Of a stretch of DNA of 64,000 bases, positions 24,474 through 37,092 are shown in pieces (position 1 is the stretch's first letter; every line of letters begins with the position of its first letter). Source of the stretch: an uncultured Hormoscilla sp. Its GTDB lineage: Bacteria > Cyanobacteriota > Cyanobacteriia > Cyanobacteriales > Desertifilaceae. The stretch is taken from positions 5,248,001 to 5,312,000 of the forward strand of contig OZ001293.3 of NCBI GenBank assembly GCA_963921275.4, written 5' to 3'. A model generated the notes under the pieces. That model saw nothing but the letters and a program-made list of their open reading frames with translations. It did not search any database and was not told the DNA's origin. Both the position numbers and the translations under genes were made by a program.

Positions 24474-26070
24474 GTAGACCACGCCGCAAATAACTCCGAT
24501 AACTTAGATGAGCAACGGCTTACCGATATAAGTCCAACGAAACGGTTTGGCCAAGGTATCATTAAAGAACTCAATGAATGCGAGAATACGAATGCGTGAG
24601 TTCTTCTACCGACGTGAAGTTGCCGCGTTTGAGCAAACGACGGGTTCTTATGCCAAACCAAATTTCCACCTGGTTGAGCCATGAGCAATGTTTGGGGGTA
24701 TACACAAAGTGGATGCGGTGGCTTGGATTTTGTAAAAAATCTGCACGAGAAGCCATGCTTTGGAGAATGCTGGACTTCCCTTTCAAACCTAATTTATCTT
24801 CAAGACCGCACAACTGGGCAACAAGCTTAACCAGGCTTTCGGATTTGTGGGTATTCAATTGGTTGCAAATAAATACCCATTGGCCCGAGGGGTCGGTTTC
24901 CACAGTAGCCTGGATGTGCGCTGCAAAATCTTCTTCGGTGCCTGTAGGTCCGATAGACGGACAGATAACCTTGCCAGTCGCTATCTCAAAATTGGCTATC
25001 AACCCTTGCGTGCCGTGCCGTTTGTATTCAAATTCGACTGCCTCAGGTTTGCCCGGTCTCATCGGACTGGTCGGATAAAGGTGCTCCAAGACCTGAATCC
25101 CCATCTTTTCATCCGTGCTGACCACATGCACACCTCTATTGTGCAACAACTCCGCTTGATGATAGAGCTTGCAGACCTGTCTAACTTCTTGCCGAAAAGC
25201 TGCTTCGTCTTCGACTTCATGATTCAACCAATATTTGCTGCGGTGTGGCTTGAGAGCGGCCTGATTTTAAAAAACGACCGACCGTTGTCGGTGAAATCTC
25301 CTCTACTATACCCCGTTTGACAGCTTCATTGACTAACCCCTTGCGCGTCCAATGACTCAGATAAGACGGTGGTGTTTCACAAGCTAAAGCAATGACTTGG
25401 CACACATGTTCTGCGCTGAATAGACCAGGGCTTTCGGGGCGCGGTTTGTCCGCCAAGAGCTTACCAATCCCTATTCGCAATTCGGCGTTGCACAACGACG
25501 GGATGATAAGGGTTGAAAATTGTTAATTGTCAATGGTCAATTGAAATAGTTATAGATGTTCATCAATAGACAAATAAACAATTTTTCAATTTTCAACTAT
25601 TGACTGCTATCATCCCAAAAATGTGCAACGCCCGCAATTCTTTAGACTTGCCCACTAATTTTTCCAATTCATGGGCACCCTCTATCCACCTCTTCCGCCA
25701 AAGACCTACGGTATCTTCGCATAAACCCAAGTCTTGGCTAATCGTTTTGTTATTATAGCCGGCGGCGGCTTTCAGGATAATCTGCGTCCTTAGCACCAAG
25801 CTGTGGGGCGTTTCGCGACTACGGGCAATCCGAAGCAGCAGTTCCTTTTGTTCAGGCATGAGGTTGAGAGGTTTCGTCGGTCGGGCCATGTTCTTGAGCG
25901 CTCAGTTTTTTGTAACATAGCTGCGATTATAACAAACTAGCCATCATTTGTGCTAGAATGGCACTCAGCTGCACCGCTGAAATCATTGTCCTGCAAGGGT
26001 TTCCGCCAAGCCGAATTTTCGAGGTGCCTCTGTCAACTATATTATCCGATATATTTGCAGCGTGGTGTAC
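24474..26070 (-). mobile_element. IS630-family element with an IS1-derived MITE in orfA
   Basis: TA flanks; TIR GTAGACCACGCCGCAAAT / ATTTGCAGCGTGGTGTAC; ORFs 25593-25889, 25217-25495 and 24571-25227. Confidence 0.88.
25484..25632. mobile_element. MITE with IS1-type TIRs
   Basis: GGCGTTGCACA...TGTGCAACGCC; 8-bp TSD CGCAATTC. Confidence 0.88.
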
Positions 26071-26155
26071 TAGAAATAAGGGTTTGAGTAACTGTCGAAC
26101 TCAAGTCAATACTGCCTAAGTATTTTTACCTACTGCACAACGGGGATGCTCCCGA

Positions 26156-27376
26156 TCAATCTCCTCCATCCAACAGTTCCAAAACTGCCTTCGGTGACAA
26201 CTTATCCTTAAACCAAACAATCCTAGCGGGCGTCTTCCTAATATTAACACCCGCTTTTTCCAGATTCAAGCGTTCGGAAACTGCTAGAATCAAATTATCG
26301 CATTCCGCCTTGCGCACCTGAGCAAACTTCTTCTGCAAATATTCCGGACGCCAATAACCGACAATTTCCAGCAAAAACACCCGTCCATCGGGATGTACCA
26401 AACGAAAGTCCGGAACCATAACGCTGCCCGGAATAGGAATTAAATCAACTTCCCTCTCTAAAACCCACTCCGTTTTCAGTTTTTCCCAGCGGTTAGCAAA
26501 AGAAGCCTCTAACATACTATCATAAGGCTTACCCGGAGGATAGTGACTGACTAAACCACAATCAGAATCGAGACTGAAACGACCCGTTTTCGGTTCACCA
26601 GTGTAAAAATCTCGCGTTTGCAGGGTAGCATGCATGCTCCATCTAGTAACATGAAGTAAAGCAGGGAGAAGTTTAGCTAGGGCCAACCCATATCTAGTGC
26701 TAACCTTCAATAAACTCGTCGGACCATCAACAGTAATCGTAAACCCGTGGTCAGCATCGCCTTCAATATAGGCCATCAACTGAAATAGCTTCAGATAGCG
26801 AAATAAAAGTTTATATTCTCCAGGAACATTGCGGTGAGCATTCAGAATAATCTGAGTAGCGCGGTAGAAAATCCCTTGCACTTGGGCAAGATTATAGCGA
26901 TGCAGCAAAGCTTCCGGTTCCGGCGCGTCGAACTGAGTCAAAATCCGATTCTCTGGCAAGTCCGCATACAACCCCTCCCGGATATGGACGGATAGCACTT
27001 CCCGGTTTAACTCGCCAGAGAGAGTATCTGCTAGCATTGCTAAAGTTTTTTCCGTTGCTTGGGGACTGGGAACAACGGTGGCAGCTTGCGCAAACACCCG
27101 CTGTCGCAACATTGGCGGTTCTAGGGGACTAACGATCTCAAAGGTGGAGAAAGCACTTTTGAGGATATGGGCAAGTCCCCGCCTTACTCTAAAATCAGGA
27201 CTGTCCCCTTCCAATTCCTGTAGGCGCCTGTCCAGTTCCCCCATGCAGTTGCCAGTCAGGGATTGAAAGCAGTTAATCAATTCAGTCGCCAGGCCCAAAT
27301 TGCTATTAATGGCCAGTCCCTTGGGGATGATCGTCTCCCCATTGTGCCGGTGACTCAGGAGATCGCTGGGTAACAT
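26156..27376 (-). CDS. DUF790 family protein (Bax1-like nuclease)
   Basis: RYNLAQVQG and PDF..LEIVGYWRPEYL (PD-(D/E)XK-like) motifs. Confidence 0.85.
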   Translation of the reverse strand: MLPSDLLSHRHNGETIIPKGLAINSNLGLATELINCFQSLTGNCMGELDRRLQELEGDSPDFRVRRGLAHILKSAFSTFEIVSPLEPPMLRQRVFAQAATVVPSPQATEKTLAMLADTLSGELNREVLSVHIREGLYADLPENRILTQFDAPEPEALLHRYNLAQVQGIFYRATQIILNAHRNVPGEYKLLFRYLKLFQLMAYIEGDADHGFTITVDGPTSLLKVSTRYGLALAKLLPALLHVTRWSMHATLQTRDFYTGEPKTGRFSLDSDCGLVSHYPPGKPYDSMLEASFANRWEKLKTEWVLEREVDLIPIPGSVMVPDFRLVHPDGRVFLLEIVGYWRPEYLQKKFAQVRKAECDNLILAVSERLNLEKAGVNIRKTPARIVWFKDKLSPKAVLELLDGGD

Positions 27377-27582
27377 AAGTAGTTCTCTGTTTGGTGAAAA
27401 CCTCGTTCCCTGCCGGAGTCAGGGAACGGGCCTCTTAAGGCAGAGCCTAGTACACCACACCGTAAATAGATTGGATAATCTAGCTAGCCGTGGTCTCTCT
27501 CACGTCAGGATTGGTCTAAACCCTTGCAGGGCAATAATTTCAGCGGTGCTGTCTACAGCAAATTTAGCACAAATGTTGGCTA

Positions 27583-27829
27583 AGCTGTCGCGCATCTAAA
27601 CTGCATATTTGGGCTGTCGATCAAATCGTGGCAACCGGAGACCCCTAAGCATTTCAGCCACTCAGCCTGCCCCATTTTCGACTATGCAATTTAAATGCGG
27701 CGTTGCACTTCGGACGGGATGATGGGTCTCTTTGCATAAGTCTTAAACATAGACTATAAGCCACTTTCAGTTATGTGCAAACAATGGCATCATCCCCAAA
27801 ATGTGCAACGCCTTAAATGTATCACAGCT
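27583..27829. mobile_element. TA-targeting MITE containing an IS1-type MITE (27699-27812)
   Basis: Empty site GGCTAGTGTG at ~3091; TA duplication; inner MITE TSD TTAAATG(C/T). Confidence 0.8.
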
Positions 27830-28277
27830 TAGTGTGTTATAATTACAGCTAAGTTACAAAAACACCGCTCGCTCAAGAACATGGCTCGACCAACGAAACC
27901 ACTCAACCTCATGAGAGAACAAAAGAAACTGCTCGAAGGGATTGCCCGCAGTCGCCAAACACCGCACAGCTTGGTGCTACGGACACAGATTGTCCTCAAA
28001 GCCGCCGCCGGCGATAATAACAAAACGATTAGCCAAGACTTAGGCTTGTGCGAAGATACTGTCGGTCTTTGGCGGAAGAGGTGGATAGAGGGTGCCCATG
28101 AGTTAGAACAGTTCGCGGGTAAGCCCAAAGAATTGCGGATTCTAATTGGCAAGCTAAAGGCAGACAAACCGCGCCCTGGAAGTCCCGACATATTCAGCGC
28201 CGAGCAAGTGTGCCAAATCATTGCTTTGGCTTGTGAAACGCCGCCAGAATACCTAAGTCATTGGACGCGAAAAGAGT

Positions 28278-28740
28278 AGACATGTCCAAAATATAATTTT
28301 TTGCTATAATTGGAGGTCAAAATTTTATTTATGAGTCGATAAATATGAGTTATATTTGCCGTTAAAATTGCCAATAATCTAAATAAATGCTTATTATCAG
28401 CTCGTAATAACGCTCAATTGAGTAAATAAGCTGAATAAATGGTAATCACCGCAAATGTTTCAGCTTTTTTATGGCGCATTTATTCTCGAATTACTACATC
28501 TATTGGAGTCAGTTATTGCTCTAAGTTGTTGGCTAGGACTAATTGTGTATGGTGCCTGGGTTTCAGATATATTATAATTTGGCGATTGCTCTTAAAAAAT
28601 TGAGTTTAATCAATACTATTTTTGCTTTGTTGACAGTAAATACATCAAACCCTGATTTATTCGTGTAAGTAACATATGTGATAAAATGAGGTGGAGATTA
28701 AAACCCAGACCTGGCAAAGGTTTTATTCTTGGACAGGTCT
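28278..28740 (+). mobile_element. Non-autonomous ISL2/IS5-like MITE
   Basis: TIR AGACATGTCCAA / TTGGACAGGTCT resembles 16410-17441; 3-bp TSD AGT; empty site at ~3619. Confidence 0.8.
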
Positions 28741-29251
28741 AGTTGGTACACGAAACTATCAAGCGAGGTATAGCAGAGGAGATAACACCTTCCACCGTCG
28801 GTCGTTTTTTAACATCAGGCAGACCTTAAGCCGCACCGTAGCAAATATTGGCAAAATCTAGAAGTCGAAAACGAAGCAGCTTTTCGACAAGAGGTCAGAC
28901 AAGTGTGCAAACTCTATCATCAAGCCGAGTCGTTGCACACCCAAGGTGTACATGTGGTCAGCACAGATGAAAAGACTGGGATTCAAGCAACCGAGCGTAT
29001 TTACCCGACTCGTCCGATGAAATCGGGCAAACCAGAGGCAGTAGAATTTGAATATGAACGGCACGGCACTCAAGCATTGATAGCTACTTCTGAAGTGGCA
29101 ACGGGCAAAGTTATCTGTTCGTCAGTGGGACCTACCCGCACGGAAGAAGATTTTGCAGCGCATATCCGCGCCACTGTGGAAATAGACCCCCAGGGTCAAT
29201 GGATATTTATTTGCGATCAATTGAATACTCACAAATCCGAAAGTCTGGTTA

Positions 29252-29437
29252 ACGGGACTTTGAGAAAAAATAGGCGTAAAATGGCATCAAACCCTTTCAC
29301 AGAGCCACAGTGGGGTCGAGCTGGTCTCGCTCAACCCAGGCGAGCGGGTTTGCTGCCTATGAATTTCCTTCGACGTAAAACCCACACCCCGTAAGCTAAG
29401 AAGCCGTTTTTTGCCTGAGAAAATCTCAAAGTCCCGT
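29252..29437. mobile_element. MITE (ACGGGACTTTGAGA...TCTCAAAGTCCCGT)
   Basis: 14-bp TIR at the junction between two IS630 pieces. Confidence 0.7.
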
Positions 29438-30206
29438 ATAACAAACTAGCCATCATTTGTGCTAGAATGGCACTCAGCTGCACCGCTGAAATCATTGTCC
29501 TGCAAGGGTTTCCGCCAAGCCGAATTTTCGAGGTGCCTCTGTCAACTATATTATCCGATATATTTGCGGCCTGGTGTACTAGTATACACCCTCTGGAGCG
29601 AAAATACTTCACCAACCCTAGGAGACCTCCTGCGTTGTGCAATAGCTTTGAGAGCTGAAATTATTATCCTGCAAGGGTTTGAGCTGTGTCCCACCCCGAA
29701 GAAAAACACAAGTGCCAGCTTGAAAGCTATCTATTTTCAATAAGCTGTCTCTATTGCAGTGAGCAGTTACCACTTCGATGTCTCCTGGGTAGTAGTCTAT
29801 CAAGATTGAGTTGACAGATGAAGAACGGTATAGCAGTCTGGAATTAAGTAATCCGGCTCTTCGGTACAAAGCAATGGTATTTTATCAAAAAAATAAGGTT
29901 GTAAGCCTTGCGCAGCAAGGCGAGGGAGCCCCTTAGCATACATTCGGAAAATGGGTTAATCAATTCGCCCCTAGCCTTACACTGCAAGGCTTTCGGCGGT
30001 TTTTAACTATCAATTTAGCGCTCCCAAGTATCGAAGACCCAGTAATCCTTGTATCGGTTGCAGGGTAAGGGTCAGAATCAATAATGGGGAGAGATTCGAA
30101 TCGGATCTCGAGAAGACGATTATTAAGAATATCCTCCACTATTGACAATCCCTGCTGATTATATTATTACCCATGATACTGCCCATGGCTTTTTATTCAC
30201 AAAAAA

Positions 30207-32524
30207 ATGCCTAAATATTAGTACATTGTCGCCCTTATACCATTTTGGAAAAACAATGCTACAATTAGTTAAAGACCTAAATAGGAGGAAGTATGGCCGG
30301 CGTAGTTAAGATAGAAATTATCGAATCTAAATAATACCTTCAAAAATTGCTATCCCGAACCACCGGTGATAAGAAAGAGCGAGTACAAGCTTTATACTGG
30401 CTAAAAATTGGGGTCGTAGAAACAACTGAACATATTGCTGTTCTTTTAGCTTGTCATCGGACAACCGTATCTCGTTGGTTGACAATTTATCGAGAAGATG
30501 GTTTGGAAAAATTATTAGAACAAAAAAAAAGCCCCGGACGGCCCCGTTTAATACCCGAAGAAGCCCTAGAATCTCTCAAAAAGGAATTGTCGGAACCAGA
30601 AGTGTTTAATAGCTATGGAGAACTTCAGTTATGGTTGAAAATATTTGGGGAGCTAGATTTATCTTATTGGACAGTATATGAATGGGTTCATTATCGACTT
30701 AAAGCAAAGTTAAAAACTCCGAGGCCAAGACATATTAAACAAATTCCAGGTAGAATATAAACAGTTAAAAATGAGTTGCCAAATGTGCTAAAATCAGCGG
30801 TTTAAAGGATTAGAGCTTGGTCTAATCCTCAGAAATAAGTCAGGTTTTGGTGTCAAGATGAAACTCGACTGGGTTTAATGACACGGTCGCCACTCGGAAA
30901 GGAGTAAAACCTATACAAACTGAACAATTGGAATTTAAGTATTTTTGGCTTTATGGTTTAATTGAACCACGATCAAGGGAGCATTTTTTATAGGAATTTT
31001 CCCATTTAGATACAATTTGTTTTGAAAAATACTTAGAGTTATTTTCCCAAGATTATCCTAATGAACTACATATTATCCAGGCGGACAATAGCGGAGCACA
31101 TCAAGGCTCAACCCTTTCAATACCGTCAAATATTATTTTAATTTTTCAACCATCATACTCTCCAGAAGTTAATCCAATAGAAAGATTGTGGTTGGAAATC
31201 AAAAAGCAATTAAAAAGATGAGAATGGTTCAAAGACTTGGACGAATTGCGTCAAATTTTGAGTAGGATATTAGGATAATTAAGCAATCACGCTGTTGCAT
31301 CTTTAAGTAAATGGGGATTTATTGTCGATGCTTTATGTGTAGCAAACATATAGCAAAATGGTATTACTCCAGAAGAACGGGAGCATCTAGAGCAAGTAAA
31401 AAAAGGTAAAACTGCTGCCTATAAGATTAACCACGCACGGATTCTGCTTAAAGCAGATATCAATCAAGAAGGTTTAGCAAGACCAAAATATTAGTAACGC
31501 ACTAGACATAAGTGTTTCGACAATTGAACGAGTCCGCAAACCCTTTGTCGAAATTGGAATAGAATCAGCTCTTGAGCGTAAACCTCAACAAAATCACAAA
31601 GAATCTTGTCTGGAGAAAAAGAAGCTTATTTAATTGCCCTTACTTGTAGGGAACCACCTCCCGATGTCACTTGACAAGGGTGATTTAATAAGATATCACC
31701 CTTGTCAAGTGACACCGCCAGGACAAGCTCCCTGGACCTTACCTCTCCTGCCAGACAAGATGGTGGAAGTTGAATATGTCGAGAGCATCTCTCATGAAAC
31801 TATCAGACAAACGCTAAAAAAAATGATTTAAAGGCTAAATGAATCTTGGGTAATTCCCCCTGACTTTGTTTGCCAAATGGAGGAGGTAATAGAAGTATAC
31901 CTCAGACCTTACGACTCTCAAAATACTGTCGTATGTTTTGAGGAAAGTAATAAGCAGTTAGTTAAAGAGACTCCCACTCCTTTACCAATGAAACCCCCTG
32001 GCGTTGAAACGGACAAATCTGGAGTTAATGAACGGTATGATTACGAGTACGAGCGAAATGGAACCTGTAATATGTTTATGTTTTCAGAGCCTCTAGCTGG
32101 TTGGCGTCATGTAGAAGTTACGGAGAGAAGAACTAAGAAAGATTACCCTAAACCAATGAAATATTTAGTCGAGCTTAAATGATGATCAAAAAATTACGGT
32201 TGTTCAAGACCAACTGAATACTCATGTACCTAATTCTTTATATGAAGCTTTTGAGCCAGCGTCAGCCAAGAGAATTTTAGATAAACTAGATTTTCATTAT
32301 ACCCCCAAGCATGGTAGTTGGCTCGGCTGAAATTGAATTGAGTGTTTGAGCTCGTCAATGTCTTGACCGTCGAATTCATGACATTGAGTCTTTAATCCGA
32401 GAGATAGAGGCCTGGGAAGAATTACGAAATCAAGAGAGTCGTAAGAGCTCCTGGCAATTTACAACAACTGATGCTCGGATAAAGCTCAAGGGTCTTTACC
32501 CATCAATTCAATCTTGACTGACTA
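30207..32524 (+). mobile_element. IS630-family element, degenerate, host to a second IS630
   Basis: IVAL|TPEEREHL joins across the insert; ARILLKAD, YDYEYERNGT and YTPKHGSWL motifs. Confidence 0.78.
30238..31363 (+). mobile_element. IS630-family element, degenerate
   Basis: TIR TACCATTTTG / CAAAATGGTA; HTH ORF 30347-30760; QDETRLG and PYSPEVNPIERLW motifs. Confidence 0.82.
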
Positions 32525-32696
32525 GTAGTGCGAGTAGCGCTCCCAGGAGACATCGAAGGTCGGAGAACTCATGCATTCGTATTCTTGCATTCATTGATTT
32601 CTTTAATGATGCCTTAGCCAAACCGTTTCGCTGGACTTATATAGGTAAGCCGTTGCTCATCTAAGTTATCGGAGTCATTTGTGGTGTGGTCTACTA

Positions 32697-34677
32697 GGGT
32701 TTTCACTTTAGGGGGATTTTCCCCCGAGAAGTTCATGCACATTCTGTGTTAAGCATCGCCCCGTGAAAAACGGCTCGACGCTTTGCCAGGGGGAGAGGCC
32801 AAAGACCTGACGATACCAATCGGAAACCGCAGCAAACGAGACTGTTTCCAGGGCTATAGAGATCAGCTCAGCCGTCAACTTAGTGGTGAGGAGGGGCAGG
32901 GCATCTGCGTAGGAGGAGACGAAACATTAGGAGGCTTGTGCGATTCGTTCTAGCCTAACGTGGTCAAACACGGAACGCTAGCCCGGTTTCATTAGCCGGG
33001 AACTCTGACCGCATGGGGGTTAAATTCCCCTCCCCCCAGGTACGGGGGTGACACCGGTCCTCGGTGCTACGAAGCGACATCATCGTGGTGCTAAGCGAGG
33101 ACTCAAATGTAGGATAACTGGCAGCCTAAGCCGGTGACGCCGCTAGGAAAGATATCCAAGGTTAGAGCAGGCAAACATGTGCAAGCCTCGTTATAAGGAA
33201 CCAGCGAAATAAGGCTATATGCGCTGGCCTAAAAAGGAAATGGTAGCTAGTATTAGTTTTAGACTCTGGCTAATATAGTACTCAAATAGCTCCCGGGGTA
33301 TAGTGTGGACCTAAAGGTATCGCGAAATGTTGTTAGGGAACGAAGTAACCTCTCGTGTGCTGTCCATCAGGACAAGTTAGATGTTAAGCGCAAGCCACGG
33401 GGGGAGGGATGGCCCAAGAAGCGAATGCCCGGGGTAATTCCTGGGATAACATCTACAGTAATGTAGATGATGCTGGGTAGCCAGCGCTGACGTGGGTCGG
33501 TGATACTAGGAAGCTGCTGGAATGAGTAATCCTAAAAAGCCACGGAACTAATCCGAAACGCAAGTGGAGGATAAGGTATGGATAACTGGTAAAACTGACT
33601 TGAAAATGGTGATACTAACGGTTATCAGAACAACCACTCGCTAAACCAGGAAAGGGAAGAAAAGACAGGCGGCAAGGGCTAACGGAAGTAATTCCTATTA
33701 AGTCTACCTATGAAAAGGGCCTAGTACCCAGTAGCCGGATGCGGTGAAAATCGCAAGTCCGGTTCCTCAAGGGAGGGTCGGGAAGCGATTCCCGGCTCGA
33801 CCCCATCCACCCATTTTGGTGATGGTGGAATTGAGAGCGTGGCTACATTTTCACGCCTTGTCGAAAGTGACAATCGTACCTACGAAACGTGGCAACAGCA
33901 AATTCAATCGTGGTGGACGAACGGCGGGATGGCACTGTCACTTCATGGTCAGTGATGGAGCTTTCATCACTGATTAAACTGGCCCTAGAAGGCTTGAGCT
34001 GTACTGAGTTCTTCCCTCTCACAGCTGCGTTCCCTGGCGATGCGCTACGGCATCAACAAAGCCCAAACCGCCATTGATACCTTTGAACGACACATTCCTT
34101 CCTTTGCTGAAGGAATTCATGCTCTTGTGCGCTGGGTCAGCGAAGCGTTCCATGCCAAAACTGACGATTTAGAGTTGCAGCAGTGGGTGGTGGAACTTTT
34201 GTTGCCCTGGGCCTATTGGCATCAACAAGCAGACAAAACTAGACAAAAATGACTCAAACTTGTCTATCAGGTGGCTGCGGAGCAAGCCAAGGAGCGCTTG
34301 CTTGCTCACCCTCTCACTCAACAATTAGAGGCGGCGAAGCATCAACAGTGGGTAGAGTGGGCAAACTGGATCGCTCTTAAATATCAACGCACCACCTCAG
34401 CCGTGGAAGGGCGCAATGGCTATTTGTCTGGTATCCATCATAGCTCTCGCGGTTTCTCTGTTCAAACCTTAGCCCTGCTTACCCTCATCCACAATTTTGA
34501 CATCAGACGAGCGGATGGTAGCACGCCTGCACAAGGAATATTTGGGCATTCTTTTCCAAATCTCTCAGAGTGGGTGGTAGACCATATGGGTGAACTCCCC
34601 CGACCACGACAGTCATCTTTAGCACAACCGCTGAATCCCTTACCCAGACTGACTGTCCCGGCTTAAGTTGGTAGCCC
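32697..34677 (+). mobile_element. DUF6399-type transposase-like element, degenerate, containing a group II intron
   Basis: GGDET..L|PILVMVEL, FMVSDGA and YQRTTSAVEGRNGYLS fragments; end TTAAGTTGGTAGCCC. Confidence 0.7.
32938..33808 (+). mobile_element. ORF-less group II intron, sense orientation in its host
   Basis: GTGCGATTCG start; intact DV AGCCGGATGCGGTGAAAATCGCAAGTCCGGTTC; removal restores TTA CCC ATT TTG (LPIL); 3' terminus mutated. Confidence 0.88.
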
Positions 34678-34735
34678 GTACCGCCGCAGAGGTTGCCCTG
34701 GCAGAGATAGGATCACTTCTAACCTATCTGGTAAT

Positions 34736-35612
34736 GTGCGATTCGTTCAGGCGTAAACTGGCGACGGTGAAGTCTGGTCTGGTTTCATTTGCCGGATAAC
34801 TCTGGTTATCATGGGGGTTAAATTCCCTCTCCCCAGGTGTGGGGGGTCGAGGGTACTACCGGTCCTTAGTGCTGCGGAGTCACATCGCCGTGGTGCTCCG
34901 CTAGGACTTAAATGTAGGATAGCTGGCAGCCTAAGCCAGTGACGCCACTAGTAAAGATGCTCATGGCTAGAACAAGCGAACCTGTGTAAGCCTCGTTAAT
35001 AGGAACCAGCGGAATAAGGCTTATACGCTGGCCCAAAAGGGAAATGGTAGCTAGTGTTGGTCGTATTGTCTGGCCAACATCGCACTCGAATAGCTCCCGG
35101 GGTATAGCAGGGGCCTAAAAGCATCGAGAAATGATACCAGGGAACGAAGTAACCTCTTGTGTGCAGTTCGGCTCAACGGGGCCGAACCAGTTAGATGTAC
35201 GTCCGCGTAGCGTGCGCGCAGCGCATAGCGCAAGCCACGAGGGGAGAGATAGCCCGAGAAGCTAATGCCTAGGGTAATTCCTATGGATAAGTTGAGGACT
35301 GCCTCAACATGCAGACGCGGGTTGGTGAAAGTAGGAAATCTTGGGAAAAAGTATCTCTAAGAAGCCCCGAAACCTCTAGAAGGTGGGATGACTGGTAAAA
35401 CAGAGAAAAGAAAAATGGTAATACTTAAGGTTATCTGGCAGCGCCACTTACCAACCAGGAAAGGGGAGAAATCTCGTGAGATGAGGGACAATGGGAGTAA
35501 TCCTTAATAATCCTAGCAATGACAATGCCCTGCTTCCCAGTAGCCGGATGCGGTAAAGAGAGTCCGGTTCCGAATGGGAGGGTTGGGGGGTGACAATAGG
35601 CTCGACCCCGAC
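34736..35612 (+). mobile_element. ORF-less group II intron (877 nt) with damaged DV
   Basis: GTGCGATTCG...CTCGACCCCGAC; EBS1 ATTGTC / GGTAAT and EBS2 ATAGG / CCTAT. Confidence 0.9.
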
Positions 35613-35919
35613 TATTATCGGATAGATTACCGCTGCCTTGGGGTCTATCTCATCTATTTGCTGCGTGTAATTGCTTGTTTATGTCGGCTGACGCTGCTTT
35701 TGGATAGACCGGTTGCCGATGATATTGCTCTGATAGTTTTGACACCCTCTTTCTGGAGACATTTGGCGACTTTTTGGCACCGTTCACGCAAGCGTAAGAC
35801 TCATCGTTCCCGAGAAGAAGATTTACAAGGGATACGATACCAATCCCTGTGACCTGTCGCAGGGATTGGTTCAAAAGTGCTTTTTATACACGTCTTCCCC
35901 GCTTTACGTTGGTAGCCTT

Positions 35920-36330
35920 AACGCCACAAAGGTGAAAACCAATATTGGCATCCTTCAAGACCCTAGCTATGATGAACCTACCGCTCATAGCGATGGATTG
36001 CCCCTGAATACAAAACTCTCGATTATGGAATGCGTTGGCGGATTGAAGCCATGTTTTCTGATGAGAAAATCCCGAGGTTTTGGTATTACTCCAGACCCAA
36101 AAAGAACATGCAGATCCTATTGAACGTTTGATGCAAGGTTATGGCTCTAGCTATGTATTGGTCAACATCTGCCAGTATGAGTGATGAGACGCCTTTGCCC
36201 AAGGGGAGCATCATACGCTTCCGTCAAGGGTGTTCCTTGTTTACCACTGGACTTAGTTTTATTATTCGAGGGATTCATGGACTACCGGTCCCCCCTCTAT
36301 GGGCTCGCTCTCTAACTGAGGGGTGGTAAG
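35920..36330 (+). pseudogene. IS4-family transposase C-terminal remnant
   Basis: LDYGMRWRIEAMFSD..KSRGFGI..VMALAMYW across frames. Confidence 0.6.
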
Positions 36331-36474
36331 CTGCGGCCCAACACAAATCTTGACAATTCTCAGGTGAGTGGTATAACTACCCTGCCATCTGCCGAGGAAG
36401 TCAAACCGCTCGATCGGAGTGCTGCCCAGCTTGTACAATACGATCGTCTTTGGAGCTACCATCACAGGATAATT

Positions 36475-36564
36475 ATGGACATTCTTTCCTTAGGTTGGGT
36501 TTCGCTGCTAGTTTGCTTCACCTTCTCGATCTCATTGGTCGTGTGGGGTCGCAACGGCTTCTAA
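36475..36564 (+). CDS. petN: Cytochrome b6f subunit VIII
   Basis: [29 protein letters not shown] (29 aa). Confidence 0.95.
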   Translation: MDILSLGWVSLLVCFTFSISLVVWGRNGF

Positions 36565-36586
36565 TTGACGCGCTATCAAGTCCGCA

Positions 36587-36727
36587 ATGGAATCTACTGT
36601 TGTTTTTAACGTCCTCGTTTTGCTTGGCTTTGGGCTGCTGGTGATTGTCACTGGCGGCATTATCTATCTTACCCTGGCAGATTGGCGTGATCGCCGACGC
36701 CGGGAACGGGATAAGCGCCAAGGCTAA
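36587..36727 (+). CDS. 46-aa single-TM small protein downstream of petN (below ORF-track cutoff)
   Basis: MESTVVFNVLVLLGFGLLVIVTGGIIYLTLADWRDRRRRERDKRQG; hydrophobic helix plus basic tail. Confidence 0.75.
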   Translation: MESTVVFNVLVLLGFGLLVIVTGGIIYLTLADWRDRRRRERDKRQG

Positions 36728-37092
36728 AAGCCGTAGGGTGGGCACCGCCCACCTGACGCGCCTGTACCCAGGGATTTTAGTCGTAGGGTGGAATGGCACT
36801 GACTTAAGCATCATTTGAGTAACTGTGCTTTCAACTCTTGACGCCGTTGCCTCGCTTGGGGCGCAGCCACTCCTTCGTCGTCAGTGCCATTCGTCGTAGG
36901 GTGGGCACCGCCCACCTGACGCGCCTGTACCCAGGGATTTTAGGTAACAAGTATGACTACAGGCGCGATTTCCTTATGGGAGTATGAAGAAAGATTCTGG
37001 TGTACCGATCGCCGATCGCCAGCATTAATGTCTCTTGACAACTGACCGCTAGCAACTGACCACTAACAACTAACAACAGCCGCTCTGCCTCT

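Larger units (their letters stand above)
27450..29251 (+). mobile_element. IS630-family element carrying nested MITEs, 3' truncated
   Basis: ORFs 27881-28279 and 28903-; collinear with 2960-4510 once the inserts are removed. Confidence 0.85.

Noticed and set aside
36364..36474. Extended PetN N-terminus
   Set aside because: Canonical 29-aa PetN starts at ATG 36475 after an AGGA RBS
36733..36942. 48-bp direct repeat pair
   Set aside because: Built from common cyanobacterial GTAGGGTGGGCA and GTGGAATGGCACTGAC repeats; no cargo
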